Source: Polyangiaceae bacterium (GTDB lineage Bacteria > Myxococcota_A > Polyangia > Polyangiales > Polyangiaceae). Taken from it: 64,000 nt of DNA. Position numbers and translations under genes: made by a program. Under the pieces are notes generated by a model. That model was not told where the DNA came from, searched no databases, and saw only the letters and a program-made list of their open reading frames with translations. Shown piece after piece: positions 56,539 to 64,000 of the stretch. How positions within the stretch are numbered: the first letter of the stretch is position 1; the number at the start of each line of letters is the position of its first letter. The stretch spans positions 1-64,000 of the forward strand of contig JBNKBE010000023.1 of NCBI GenBank assembly GCA_050287085.1. Reading direction: 5' to 3'.

Positions 56539-57963
56539 GTGCCGCGACGCCTGAAACTCATCTTCGCCGCCGGGCTCAGCGCGGTGCTCCTCGTATCCAC
56601 GGCGCTTGGAGCGGAGCCCACCATAGACCCGCTCAAGCCCTGGCGCGACGCGCCGAAGATCAGTGTCCTGACTTTCGGCCCCGGCAGCAAACCCTTTGAG
56701 CGCTTCGGGCACAACGCAATCCGCGTGGTCGACCCCGTCAAGGGAACCGACATCGTCTACAATTACGGGACGTTTTCCTTCGCCGACCGTTTCGTCCAAA
56801 CGTTTCTGCTTGGACGAATGCGCTATTGGCTCGGTGCGTCGAGCTTCGAAAGCACGCTGGCGCGATATCAGAAAGCCGGGCGCTCCGTTCTGGAACAGCA
56901 TATCAATCTGAGCCCCACTCAAGCCGCCGCGCTGCAGGAGCGGCTGCGCGTCAACGCGCTTTCCGAGAATCGATATTATCTATACGACTACTATCGGGAC
57001 AACTGCTCGACTCGGATCCGAGATCTGCTGGACGAATACAGCGACGGGATGGTCCACAAGGCCCACCACTCCCCCGCGCAATACACCTTCCGAGAGCACA
57101 CGCTGCGGCACGCAGCCGCCCAGACTTGGCTGTATCTGGCATTGGACTACCTGCTCGGTCCCGCGGTGGATCAGCCCATCACGAGCTGGGACGAAATGTT
57201 TCTTCCGATGCGCTTGAGGAGCGGACTTTCCGTCCTGGGAGCCAACGGTGCACACGGTCGCTACAACTTCGTCCAAGACGAAAAGATCTGGCTGAACTCA
57301 CAAGTCCCGAAAGCGCTGGAAAGGCCGCCCGCCAGACTTCAGCTATTTCTGCAGCTGGGCCTCGGTCTTGCCGCCGTCCTCGCTTTCTTGGGCTGGGAGG
57401 CCATGAGACGGCGCATCGAGTGGGCGAGGTGGGTCGTGTTGGCGGCGACCGGCGTCAGCACTCTCGGGGCGGGTGCGCTCGGAACCCTCCTGGTCGGCTT
57501 GTGGTTCACGGATCACAGCGTGGCCCATTTCAACGAAAATGTAGCCCAAACAGGACCTTGGCTCCTTGGCGCAGCGCCCGCCTTGCCCGCCGCGTTCAGG
57601 GGAAGTCCACACGCCCTGCGCCGACTGCAGCAGCTGTTGCTCATTAGCATCTGCGCCGCCCTGTTGGGTCTTGCGTGCAAATGGGTCCCCCATCCGCAAC
57701 AAGACAACACCCGAATCATCGCGTTCTGCCTGCCGCTATGGTTTGGACTGTTGCTAGCCGTCACTCAGCTGCGCGCAGTGGCCGAACGGAATGTAGCCCG
57801 GGAGCTCCGCCTCAAGATCGCCGCCCAGGCGGTGGCCCCGAATGGAGACGACCCGCTCGTTGCGCCGGGCGCTCACGACGCGCAGCCGGAGTCCGAGGCA
57901 CCGAACACCGAGGCGGCCCTGGCGAGCGACGCGAGCGCAGACTCGAATCCCAACTCGGCGTAG
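56539..57963 (+). CDS. DUF4105 / Lnb-like membrane protein
   Basis: LTFGPG, FGHNAIRV, YNYGTF, YLYDYYRDNCSTR and MFLP, followed by 4-5 TM helices. Confidence 0.8.
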   Translation: MPRRLKLIFAAGLSAVLLVSTALGAEPTIDPLKPWRDAPKISVLTFGPGSKPFERFGHNAIRVVDPVKGTDIVYNYGTFSFADRFVQTFLLGRMRYWLGASSFESTLARYQKAGRSVLEQHINLSPTQAAALQERLRVNALSENRYYLYDYYRDNCSTRIRDLLDEYSDGMVHKAHHSPAQYTFREHTLRHAAAQTWLYLALDYLLGPAVDQPITSWDEMFLPMRLRSGLSVLGANGAHGRYNFVQDEKIWLNSQVPKALERPPARLQLFLQLGLGLAAVLAFLGWEAMRRRIEWARWVVLAATGVSTLGAGALGTLLVGLWFTDHSVAHFNENVAQTGPWLLGAAPALPAAFRGSPHALRRLQQLLLISICAALLGLACKWVPHPQQDNTRIIAFCLPLWFGLLLAVTQLRAVAERNVARELRLKIAAQAVAPNGDDPLVAPGAHDAQPESEAPNTEAALASDASADSNPNSA

Positions 57964-58072
57964 CCGCTAGCTACCGTCCGCCCGGTGCGCAGACTTACAT
58001 TTTGCATCGGCTCTTGCAAACTGCAGCCCACTGACTACCGTGCGCAGACCTTCGGTGAGAGCCGGGGTTGTT

Positions 58073-58146
<74 letters not shown>

Positions 58147-58172
58147 CAATTTTGGGGTTGCCGTGTCCCCTT

Positions 58173-58247
58173 CTTGAGTCGCCGGGTCGCTTGAGTCGCC
58201 GGGTCGCTTGAGTCGCCGGGTCGCTTGAGTCGCCGGGTCGCTTGAGT
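58173..58247. repeat. Tandem repeat, 17-bp unit CTTGAGTCGCCGGGTCG x4.4
   Basis: Four exact copies plus a partial CTTGAGT, 26 nt downstream of the tRNA. Confidence 0.96.
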
Positions 58248-58279
58248 TCACGGACCTCGCGGAGGACACGCCTCCGCGG

Positions 58280-59002
58280 ATGAGAACAAGCGAGAGCGGC
58301 TTGCTCAGCGGCCTGGCATCGGATACGGGAGCAACGGTGGTTGTACTCGGAATAGACACCTCTACCGCACAAGCAAGCGTAGCGCTGTTCCGCGACGGAA
58401 CGCCCTTGGCAACCCGCGCTTGTGCGGCCGAGAGCCGTCATGCTGAGATACTGCTTCCCTTGCTCGACGCGGTCTTCGAAGAGAGTGGAGTCCGCAAAGC
58501 AGAGCTCACACGAGTGGGTGTGGGCGTCGGCCCCGGCTCCTTCACGGGACTCCGCGTCGGGATCGCGCTCGGTCTTGGCATTGGGCTTGGCCAGGGCATA
58601 CCGGTCGTTGGAGTCAGCTCCCTCCAGGCCCTGGCACTGTCCGACCTCACGCCGGATGAGGCGCTTCGTGTCGCGATCGTCGACGCACGACGGGGCGAGG
58701 TCTTTATCGCGGCCTATGAGGCAGATGGGACTCTGATCTCAGCTCCCGAAGCTATCCTGGCCACCGACGTGCTGGCGCACGGGCGCGCCCTCGCAGGCTC
58801 ACGTCCCTACCGCATGGTCGGTGTGGCCCCTGACAGCGCGCCGTCAACAATCGGGGACGGGAGCTACCCTCACGCAGCAGCGGTGGCTCTGTTGGCGGCT
58901 CGTACGAACGATCTGTCCCCTCCAACACCGGACTACGTTCGAGCCCCTGATGCCGTGAAGCCCAAACTGCCCGCGAACCCCTTGGCAGCGCCTCGGTCCT
59001 GA
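58280..59002 (+). CDS. tsaB: t6A biosynthesis protein TsaB (YeaZ)
   Basis: LGIDTST, HAEILLP, GPGSFTGLRVG, VSSL, DARRGEV and PDYVR. Confidence 0.92.
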   Translation: MRTSESGLLSGLASDTGATVVVLGIDTSTAQASVALFRDGTPLATRACAAESRHAEILLPLLDAVFEESGVRKAELTRVGVGVGPGSFTGLRVGIALGLGIGLGQGIPVVGVSSLQALALSDLTPDEALRVAIVDARRGEVFIAAYEADGTLISAPEAILATDVLAHGRALAGSRPYRMVGVAPDSAPSTIGDGSYPHAAAVALLAARTNDLSPPTPDYVRAPDAVKPKLPANPLAAPRS

Positions 59003-59067
59003 GGGCGACCACACACACCGTTCGCGCTGTTGCTTTCGGGGAGCGCCTGCGCTAACGCACTCGCGCA

Positions 59068-59925
59068 ATGGGTAAGGGCACAACAGGAACGCGGAGCAGA
59101 GCGCCGGCCGTGTTTCAATCGTCCCTCGCCGTACTGCTGACGTGGCTTGTCTTCGCTTGCTCGTCCGCTCGCCCCCCCGAGGCGAGCGCGCCGCAAACCG
59201 AAGAAGCTCAAAGCCGAGCCGAGTACGATCTCGGAGTGGACTTTCTGGTGAAGCGCGGGCAGCCGCGCGCGGCCCTCTCGCACGCGCTCAAAGCGCTGGA
59301 GCTCGACGACCAGAATGCTGCAGCGGCCCACCTTATCGCGTTGATATATCTGGATTTTTGCCAGCGCGACGCCCACGACTGCAGGCTCGAAGACGCCCGT
59401 CGCCACGCCCAGTTGGCGATCGAAGTGCAGCCCGAATTCCGCGAAGCCCGCAACACGCTGGGAGTGATTCTGATTCATCAGAAGCGCTACCAGGAAGCGA
59501 TCGCCGCATTGCGACCGCTCACTCAGGACATCCTCTACAACACGCCGGAAAACGCATGGGGCAACCTGGGCTGGGCTTATCTGGAGTCCGGTCAGCTACG
59601 ACCGGCAATAGCCGCCCTTCGGCGCTCGGTCGCGATCCAGCCCGCCTTCTGTGTTGGACACTACCGACTCGCCCTCGCCTACGAGGGGGGCGGCCAGACG
59701 GAAGAGGCGTACGAGCAATTCACGAAAGCACTGTCCGCTGACGCACGCTGCATCGGGCTCCAGGGCGCATATGCCGGACGGTCTCGGGTCGGGTTGGTCC
59801 TCGGCCGGCAGGACAGCGTGCGGAATGACCTCGAATCGTGCGTTCGGCTTGCGCCTGCCACCGCAGCTGGTCGAGAATGTAAGGCCCGTCTCGCCACGCT
59901 TGCTCCCCCCAAAGCGACAGAGTGA
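59068..59925 (+). CDS. tgl: TPR lipoprotein, Tgl/PilF-type pilotin
   Basis: Lipobox VFAC, TPRs, EARNTLG...DILYNTPENAWGNLGWA...FCVG and Cys pairs. The pilotin-HTH-recO order resembles what I recall for myxobacteria. Confidence 0.75.
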   Translation: MGKGTTGTRSRAPAVFQSSLAVLLTWLVFACSSARPPEASAPQTEEAQSRAEYDLGVDFLVKRGQPRAALSHALKALELDDQNAAAAHLIALIYLDFCQRDAHDCRLEDARRHAQLAIEVQPEFREARNTLGVILIHQKRYQEAIAALRPLTQDILYNTPENAWGNLGWAYLESGQLRPAIAALRRSVAIQPAFCVGHYRLALAYEGGGQTEEAYEQFTKALSADARCIGLQGAYAGRSRVGLVLGRQDSVRNDLESCVRLAPATAAGRECKARLATLAPPKATE

Positions 59926-60377
59926 CCCCAAGCCCTCCAGAAACCGTCGGTCAGTACCTCAAGCGCCACCGCCTCGAACGGCGAATGAGCGTCGAGGAGC
60001 TCTCGCGTGCAACGCGTGTCCCTGTTACCAGCGTGGAGCGGATCGAGGCCGATCAGTTCGATGAACTCCCCGGGGAGGTATTTGTTCGGGGGTTTCTGAA
60101 GAGTTACGCGCGTGCCGTGAACTTGCCTCCAGACGAGGTCCTGGCGCGCTACACGGCGAGTCGCCGAGTCGCGTGGGTGACGCCACTGCCCCTATCCACC
60201 CCGTCGCGTCCCGCGCGCGGTGGGCGCTTCGGTGTTGCCATCGCGTTCGTGCTCTTGTTGTTCTTGTTTGCGTTGGCGCTCAGTATCGTCCTGAAGCCGC
60301 GAGCCCACGATCGACCGCAGGAACTGTCGCAGCTCGGCGTCGCGGGAGCGTCGGACACCACGCCTCTCAGCGCCTAG
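59922..60377 (+). CDS. RodZ-like helix-turn-helix membrane protein
   Basis: VGQYLKRHR...TRV...IEADQFDELPGEVFVRGFLKSYA plus one TM helix and a very short periplasmic tail. Confidence 0.85.
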   Translation: MTPSPPETVGQYLKRHRLERRMSVEELSRATRVPVTSVERIEADQFDELPGEVFVRGFLKSYARAVNLPPDEVLARYTASRRVAWVTPLPLSTPSRPARGGRFGVAIAFVLLLFLFALALSIVLKPRAHDRPQELSQLGVAGASDTTPLSA

Positions 60378-60390
60378 GCGGTCGCTCGCC

Positions 60391-61092
60391 ATGGCCGCCA
60401 CCCGCGCGCTGCTGTTATCCCGCACGGCCTACCGAGAGAGCGATCTCATCGTTCAGTTCTTCACGGAGGACCGGGGACGCCTCTCCGCCCTCGCCCGCGG
60501 CGCAAGGCGAAGCCAGCGCCGCTTCGCCGGTGCTCTCGAACCCTTTCACGGTCTGGTGGTGGACCTAACACCCCCCAGACGCGGCGACCTGCACGACCTG
60601 CTCGGAGCCCGGCTGGACCGCCCCCGGCTACGTCTCAGCGAGTCCTGGCCCGGGCTTCAAGTCGCAGGAGAAGCGCTGCGCTACCTGCGAGCCGTCACAG
60701 AAGAACACAGTCCCGACGGTGTGCTCTACGAAAAGACCGAAGCCTTTCTCAGCTCGCTGGACACCTGCGAGAGTCCGGAGCTCGTAGGCGCCGAGTTCGG
60801 ACTCTACTTATTGCGCCACTTCGGCTGGGGACTCGAGCTGGGCGCCTGCGTACGTTGCGGGCGCCCCTGTCCCCCACATCGGGCCGCAACAGTGAGCATT
60901 GAACACGGGGGCGTCGTGTGCAGCCCTTGCGGCGGAGCCCCCTTGCTTCTTACAGGTAAACAGCGAGAAAGGCTGCAGCGTGCACTGGCGGGCGACACCC
61001 ACGTACTGGAGTCCTCCGACGCTCAACTGGCCCGAAGCCTCGTGGCCAGAACATTCGCGAGCCACGCCCAGCTGGAGCCAGCGCTACGATGA
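60391..61092 (+). CDS. recO: DNA repair protein RecO
   Basis: YRESDLIV, GRLSALARGARRSQRRF, LEPF, and Zn finger CVRC...CSPC. Confidence 0.92.
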   Translation: MAATRALLLSRTAYRESDLIVQFFTEDRGRLSALARGARRSQRRFAGALEPFHGLVVDLTPPRRGDLHDLLGARLDRPRLRLSESWPGLQVAGEALRYLRAVTEEHSPDGVLYEKTEAFLSSLDTCESPELVGAEFGLYLLRHFGWGLELGACVRCGRPCPPHRAATVSIEHGGVVCSPCGGAPLLLTGKQRERLQRALAGDTHVLESSDAQLARSLVARTFASHAQLEPALR

Positions 61093-62663
61093 GCGAAGAG
61101 AAAAAGACAGAAACGCGAGCCATTACACGACGCGCAGGCATCGTGGCAGCGGGTACTTTGACCAGTCGCCTGTTGGGCTTGATCCGGGAACAAGCCCTGG
61201 CGGCTGCGTTCTCGCGCTCAGCAACCGACGTATTCTTCGTAGCCTTTCTGATACCGAACGTGCTCCGACAGCTGCTGGCCGAAGGCGCAGCCCAGACTGC
61301 AATCGTGCCGGTGTTGGGCGCAACACAAGCAGCAGAAGGAGAAGCCAAGACAGCGCAAGCCTACGCGGCCATTCGCGGGGCAGCTCTACTCGCGCTGCTG
61401 GTGGTATCCGCCGCTGGTGTGCTCCTAGCACCCGAGCTCGTTGCCCTTTTTGCCGGAGGTTTCGCAGAAGAGCCCGGTAAGCTGGAGCGTACCATCACGA
61501 TCACGCGCTGGGTGTTTCCCTATATCTTCTTCATGGGTAACGCTGCGCTGGGCATGGCTGCCCTGACGACTCACCGTAGGTTCGTGGTGGTCGCCTTCGC
61601 CCCCGGCCTGCTCAACGTGGCCTTCATCGCCGCCGCGCTCGCGCTCCCCACGTGGCTCCTAAGCCGCGGGCAGGACCCGCTCATGGCTCTAGTGGTGGGG
61701 GTCCTTGCGGGGGGAATACTCCAGGTCGTTGCGCAGTGGCCAAGCCTCAAGCGTATCGGCTACCTAACCCTGCCGCGCATCGACTTCACAAACCCGGCGC
61801 TCCTGCAGGTGTTGCGTCGGATGGCACCCGTCCTGCTTTCTTTTGGAGTGTATTACGTAGACGTAGTGGTCGCCCGCCACTTGTTGAGTACGATGGGTGA
61901 AGGAGCGCCCAGTTACTTTACGTTCGCTCAACGACTGTGCGACTTCCCCCAAGGGATCTTCGTGATGGCGGTCCAAACCGCGACCCTACCGAGCTTGGCG
62001 GGACTGGCCGGAAAACACGATCGGACGGCACTCGTCGCAACCTATCAACATGGCCTGCGTTTGGCGCTCTTCGCTGCGATCCCAGCGTCGGCCCTGCTCT
62101 TCGTCTTGTCTGAACCCGTGGTCTCACTCGTGTTTGAGCGCGGTCACTTCGACGCAATGGCAAGCCAGGAAACCGGGGCCGCGCTCGCCGCGCAGGCCAC
62201 GGGGATCGTCTTCGTTGCCGCAGTACGCCAGACCGTAATTGTCTTCTATGCCCTCGGCGACACGAAAACCCCTGCAGCCATCGCGTTTCTCGACTTCCTG
62301 GTGTTTCTTGGTGCCGCGTGGCTACTCAAGGGCCCGCTTGGACACGTCGGCATCAGCTGGGCTGTTAGCTTCTCAAGCGTTGCCCAGCTGGCGCTTCTGC
62401 TCGTCGCACTCCGGCTTCGCGTGCGGCGCCTACTCTCGGCCGCTCTGGCCCGTAGCCTATTGACCACCGTAGCGGCCTCTGCCGTTGCTGCTGCGGGTGC
62501 CTGGGCCTGTTCCCGAACGCTTTCGGACAACCGCGCCGCGATCGCCGGAGGGCTTGTATTCGGCTTCGTGTTCTTGGGCAGCGCCGCTTTGATGCGCTCG
62601 CCCGAACTCCGTGATGTGTTGCGCCCCCTCAGGCGGCTCGCGCAACGGCGCCGAGTGCAGTAG
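61089..62663 (+). CDS. murJ: Lipid II flippase MurJ (MviN)
   Basis: SRLLGLIRE, AFLIPNVLRQLLAEGA, FERGHF and FYALGDTKTP; about 14 TM helices. Confidence 0.94.
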   Translation: MSEEKKTETRAITRRAGIVAAGTLTSRLLGLIREQALAAAFSRSATDVFFVAFLIPNVLRQLLAEGAAQTAIVPVLGATQAAEGEAKTAQAYAAIRGAALLALLVVSAAGVLLAPELVALFAGGFAEEPGKLERTITITRWVFPYIFFMGNAALGMAALTTHRRFVVVAFAPGLLNVAFIAAALALPTWLLSRGQDPLMALVVGVLAGGILQVVAQWPSLKRIGYLTLPRIDFTNPALLQVLRRMAPVLLSFGVYYVDVVVARHLLSTMGEGAPSYFTFAQRLCDFPQGIFVMAVQTATLPSLAGLAGKHDRTALVATYQHGLRLALFAAIPASALLFVLSEPVVSLVFERGHFDAMASQETGAALAAQATGIVFVAAVRQTVIVFYALGDTKTPAAIAFLDFLVFLGAAWLLKGPLGHVGISWAVSFSSVAQLALLLVALRLRVRRLLSAALARSLLTTVAASAVAAAGAWACSRTLSDNRAAIAGGLVFGFVFLGSAALMRSPELRDVLRPLRRLAQRRRVQ

Positions 62664-62734
62664 CCTCCAATGTCCGGCTTCGACCACCCGCGCCCGCTAT
62701 TCTGCGGCCGCTGCCCACCAACCCTAGGAGCGCC

Positions 62735-63397
62735 TTGCCCCCTTCCACTTCATCCCTCGACCCGGCTCGCATTGTAGAGGCCGAGTTCACTGCAGCGGCC
62801 AGCTCCGCCGACCAGATCCCACACGCGCGAGGGATCGAAATTGCCTTTGCTGGCCGATCCAACGTCGGCAAGAGCAGCTTGATGAACGCGCTATGCGCCC
62901 GCCGCAATCTGGTCCGCACCAGCGGCACGCCGGGCTGCACGCGGCAGCTTGCCTTCTTCGAGGTGCGCACCGCGGACGGCGCAGAACTCACTTTGGTCGA
63001 TCTTCCTGGCTACGGCTTCGCCAAGCGCTCCAAAGCTGAGCGCAAGCAGTGGGCTGGGCTGATCGAGGGCTATCTCCTTCAGCGCCCCACCCTCAGCGTC
63101 GTCGCCGCCCTGACCGATCTGCGGCGCGGAATCGAAACGGACGATCAGCAGCTGCTCGAACTTCTTGCGCTCAAACCCGCTATAAAACGCCCCCCGCTGA
63201 CCATCGTGAGCGTTGGAACGAAGCTGGACAAAGTTCCGGCTAGCAAGCGCGCCGCGAGCGAGCTTGCCCTCAAGCGTCAAGGCGGGATGACCACCTGCGC
63301 CGTCAGCACGGAACTGCCCGAAACGTATCAGCGCTTGTGGCGCCTGCTGCGACGAGCTGCCGGTGTTGGATACGTGGCGCCCGACGTCAGCGCGTAG
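62735..63397 (+). CDS. engB: Ribosome-biogenesis GTPase YihA/YsxC
   Basis: EIAFAGRSNVGKSS, TPGCT, VDLPGYG and TKLDK. Confidence 0.94.
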   Translation: MPPSTSSLDPARIVEAEFTAAASSADQIPHARGIEIAFAGRSNVGKSSLMNALCARRNLVRTSGTPGCTRQLAFFEVRTADGAELTLVDLPGYGFAKRSKAERKQWAGLIEGYLLQRPTLSVVAALTDLRRGIETDDQQLLELLALKPAIKRPPLTIVSVGTKLDKVPASKRAASELALKRQGGMTTCAVSTELPETYQRLWRLLRRAAGVGYVAPDVSA

Positions 63398-63453
63398 CCC
63401 CGGCGTCTACCCAGCGCTCAACCTTGACGCCGCACCCAACCCCGCCGTCAAAC

Positions 63454-63999
63454 TCACTCGGCCAGCCCTGCCGGACGGGCTGCGTCGCCCGTAAGCAGGG
63501 TGCCACAGTCCGCCGCCACGACAACCGCTTCCGGCGCGCCGGTGAGGTGCACTCGCCATGCAGGTCCGCCAGCGGCCGCGAAGTACTCCGCACGAACCCG
63601 CCCATGACCCGCAGCCGCCCCTGCCTTGTTCAGCACCTCCGCAAACGAGCACGCGGGGACAGCAAGGGCAGGCGCGAGTGGTTTGCATGCGAGGCGCGCC
63701 TCGTCCGGCTCGGCAGCGATTCCTAGTTCGTTGATCAGAACCGTTTGACGACCGCAGTACGGACGGCGAGCGAGGGTACCGAAAGGCCGCTCCGGCTGGG
63801 GCCCTTCGCCCGCGTCGCTGCGAAACTGGTAGCGAATGACGTCGCCCTGGGCCGTATCAACCTTGCCCCCGGTTGCCGAAACGGAGATGCCGATCAGGTG
63901 GCGACGGGGCGTGAGCTTGCGGGCCCGCAACAGGCTTTCCACTACGTCCACGTCCGCCGGGAACCCCTTGAGCCCGGCAGTCGTCGCGGGAGCCGGTGG
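63454..63999 (-). CDS. Hypothetical protein, 5' end outside the window
   Basis: Reading frame is open to the window edge (PPAPATTAGLKGFPADVDVVESL...) and contains Cys residues; no recognisable family. Confidence 0.5.
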   Translation of the reverse strand, partial: PPAPATTAGLKGFPADVDVVESLLRARKLTPRRHLIGISVSATGGKVDTAQGDVIRYQFRSDAGEGPQPERPFGTLARRPYCGRQTVLINELGIAAEPDEARLACKPLAPALAVPACSFAEVLNKAGAAAGHGRVRAEYFAAAGGPAWRVHLTGAPEAVVVAADCGTLLTGDAARPAGLAE

Positions 64000-64000
64000 C

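Overview
High-GC bacterial chromosomal window. The gene content (FHA-sigma54 protein, Ser/Thr kinase-TPR pair, PEGA and vWA proteins, ECF-FecR/TPR cassette, tgl-like pilotin next to recO) points by inference to a myxobacterium of the Polyangia/Sorangium type. Both flanks are mostly housekeeping genes (frr, rsmE, recX, phoH, dus, rpsU, bfd/bfr, leuA; tRNA-Pro, tsaB, tgl-like, recO, murJ, engB). The centre (about 29-53 kb) holds the most interesting element, a candidate SusC/SusD-independent cellulose utilisation locus. It comprises a divergent 612-aa protein with LamB/maltoporin-like termini (HGYFR ... IWW), two paralogous carbohydrate-binding lipoproteins, a lipid-anchored CBM4-Ig-GH9 cellulase and a GH94 cellobiose phosphorylase, with stem-loops at the gene junctions and a LacI-type palindrome. 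Nearby are pyk, a PFK with an ATP-type GGDG motif on a PPi-type scaffold, a sigma54 activator with degenerate catalytic motifs, and a PEP carboxylase lacking conserved PEP-binding arginines. No mobile element or CRISPR array was found. Two non-coding tandem repeats are present. All calls come from motif recognition by eye; no database searches were run.
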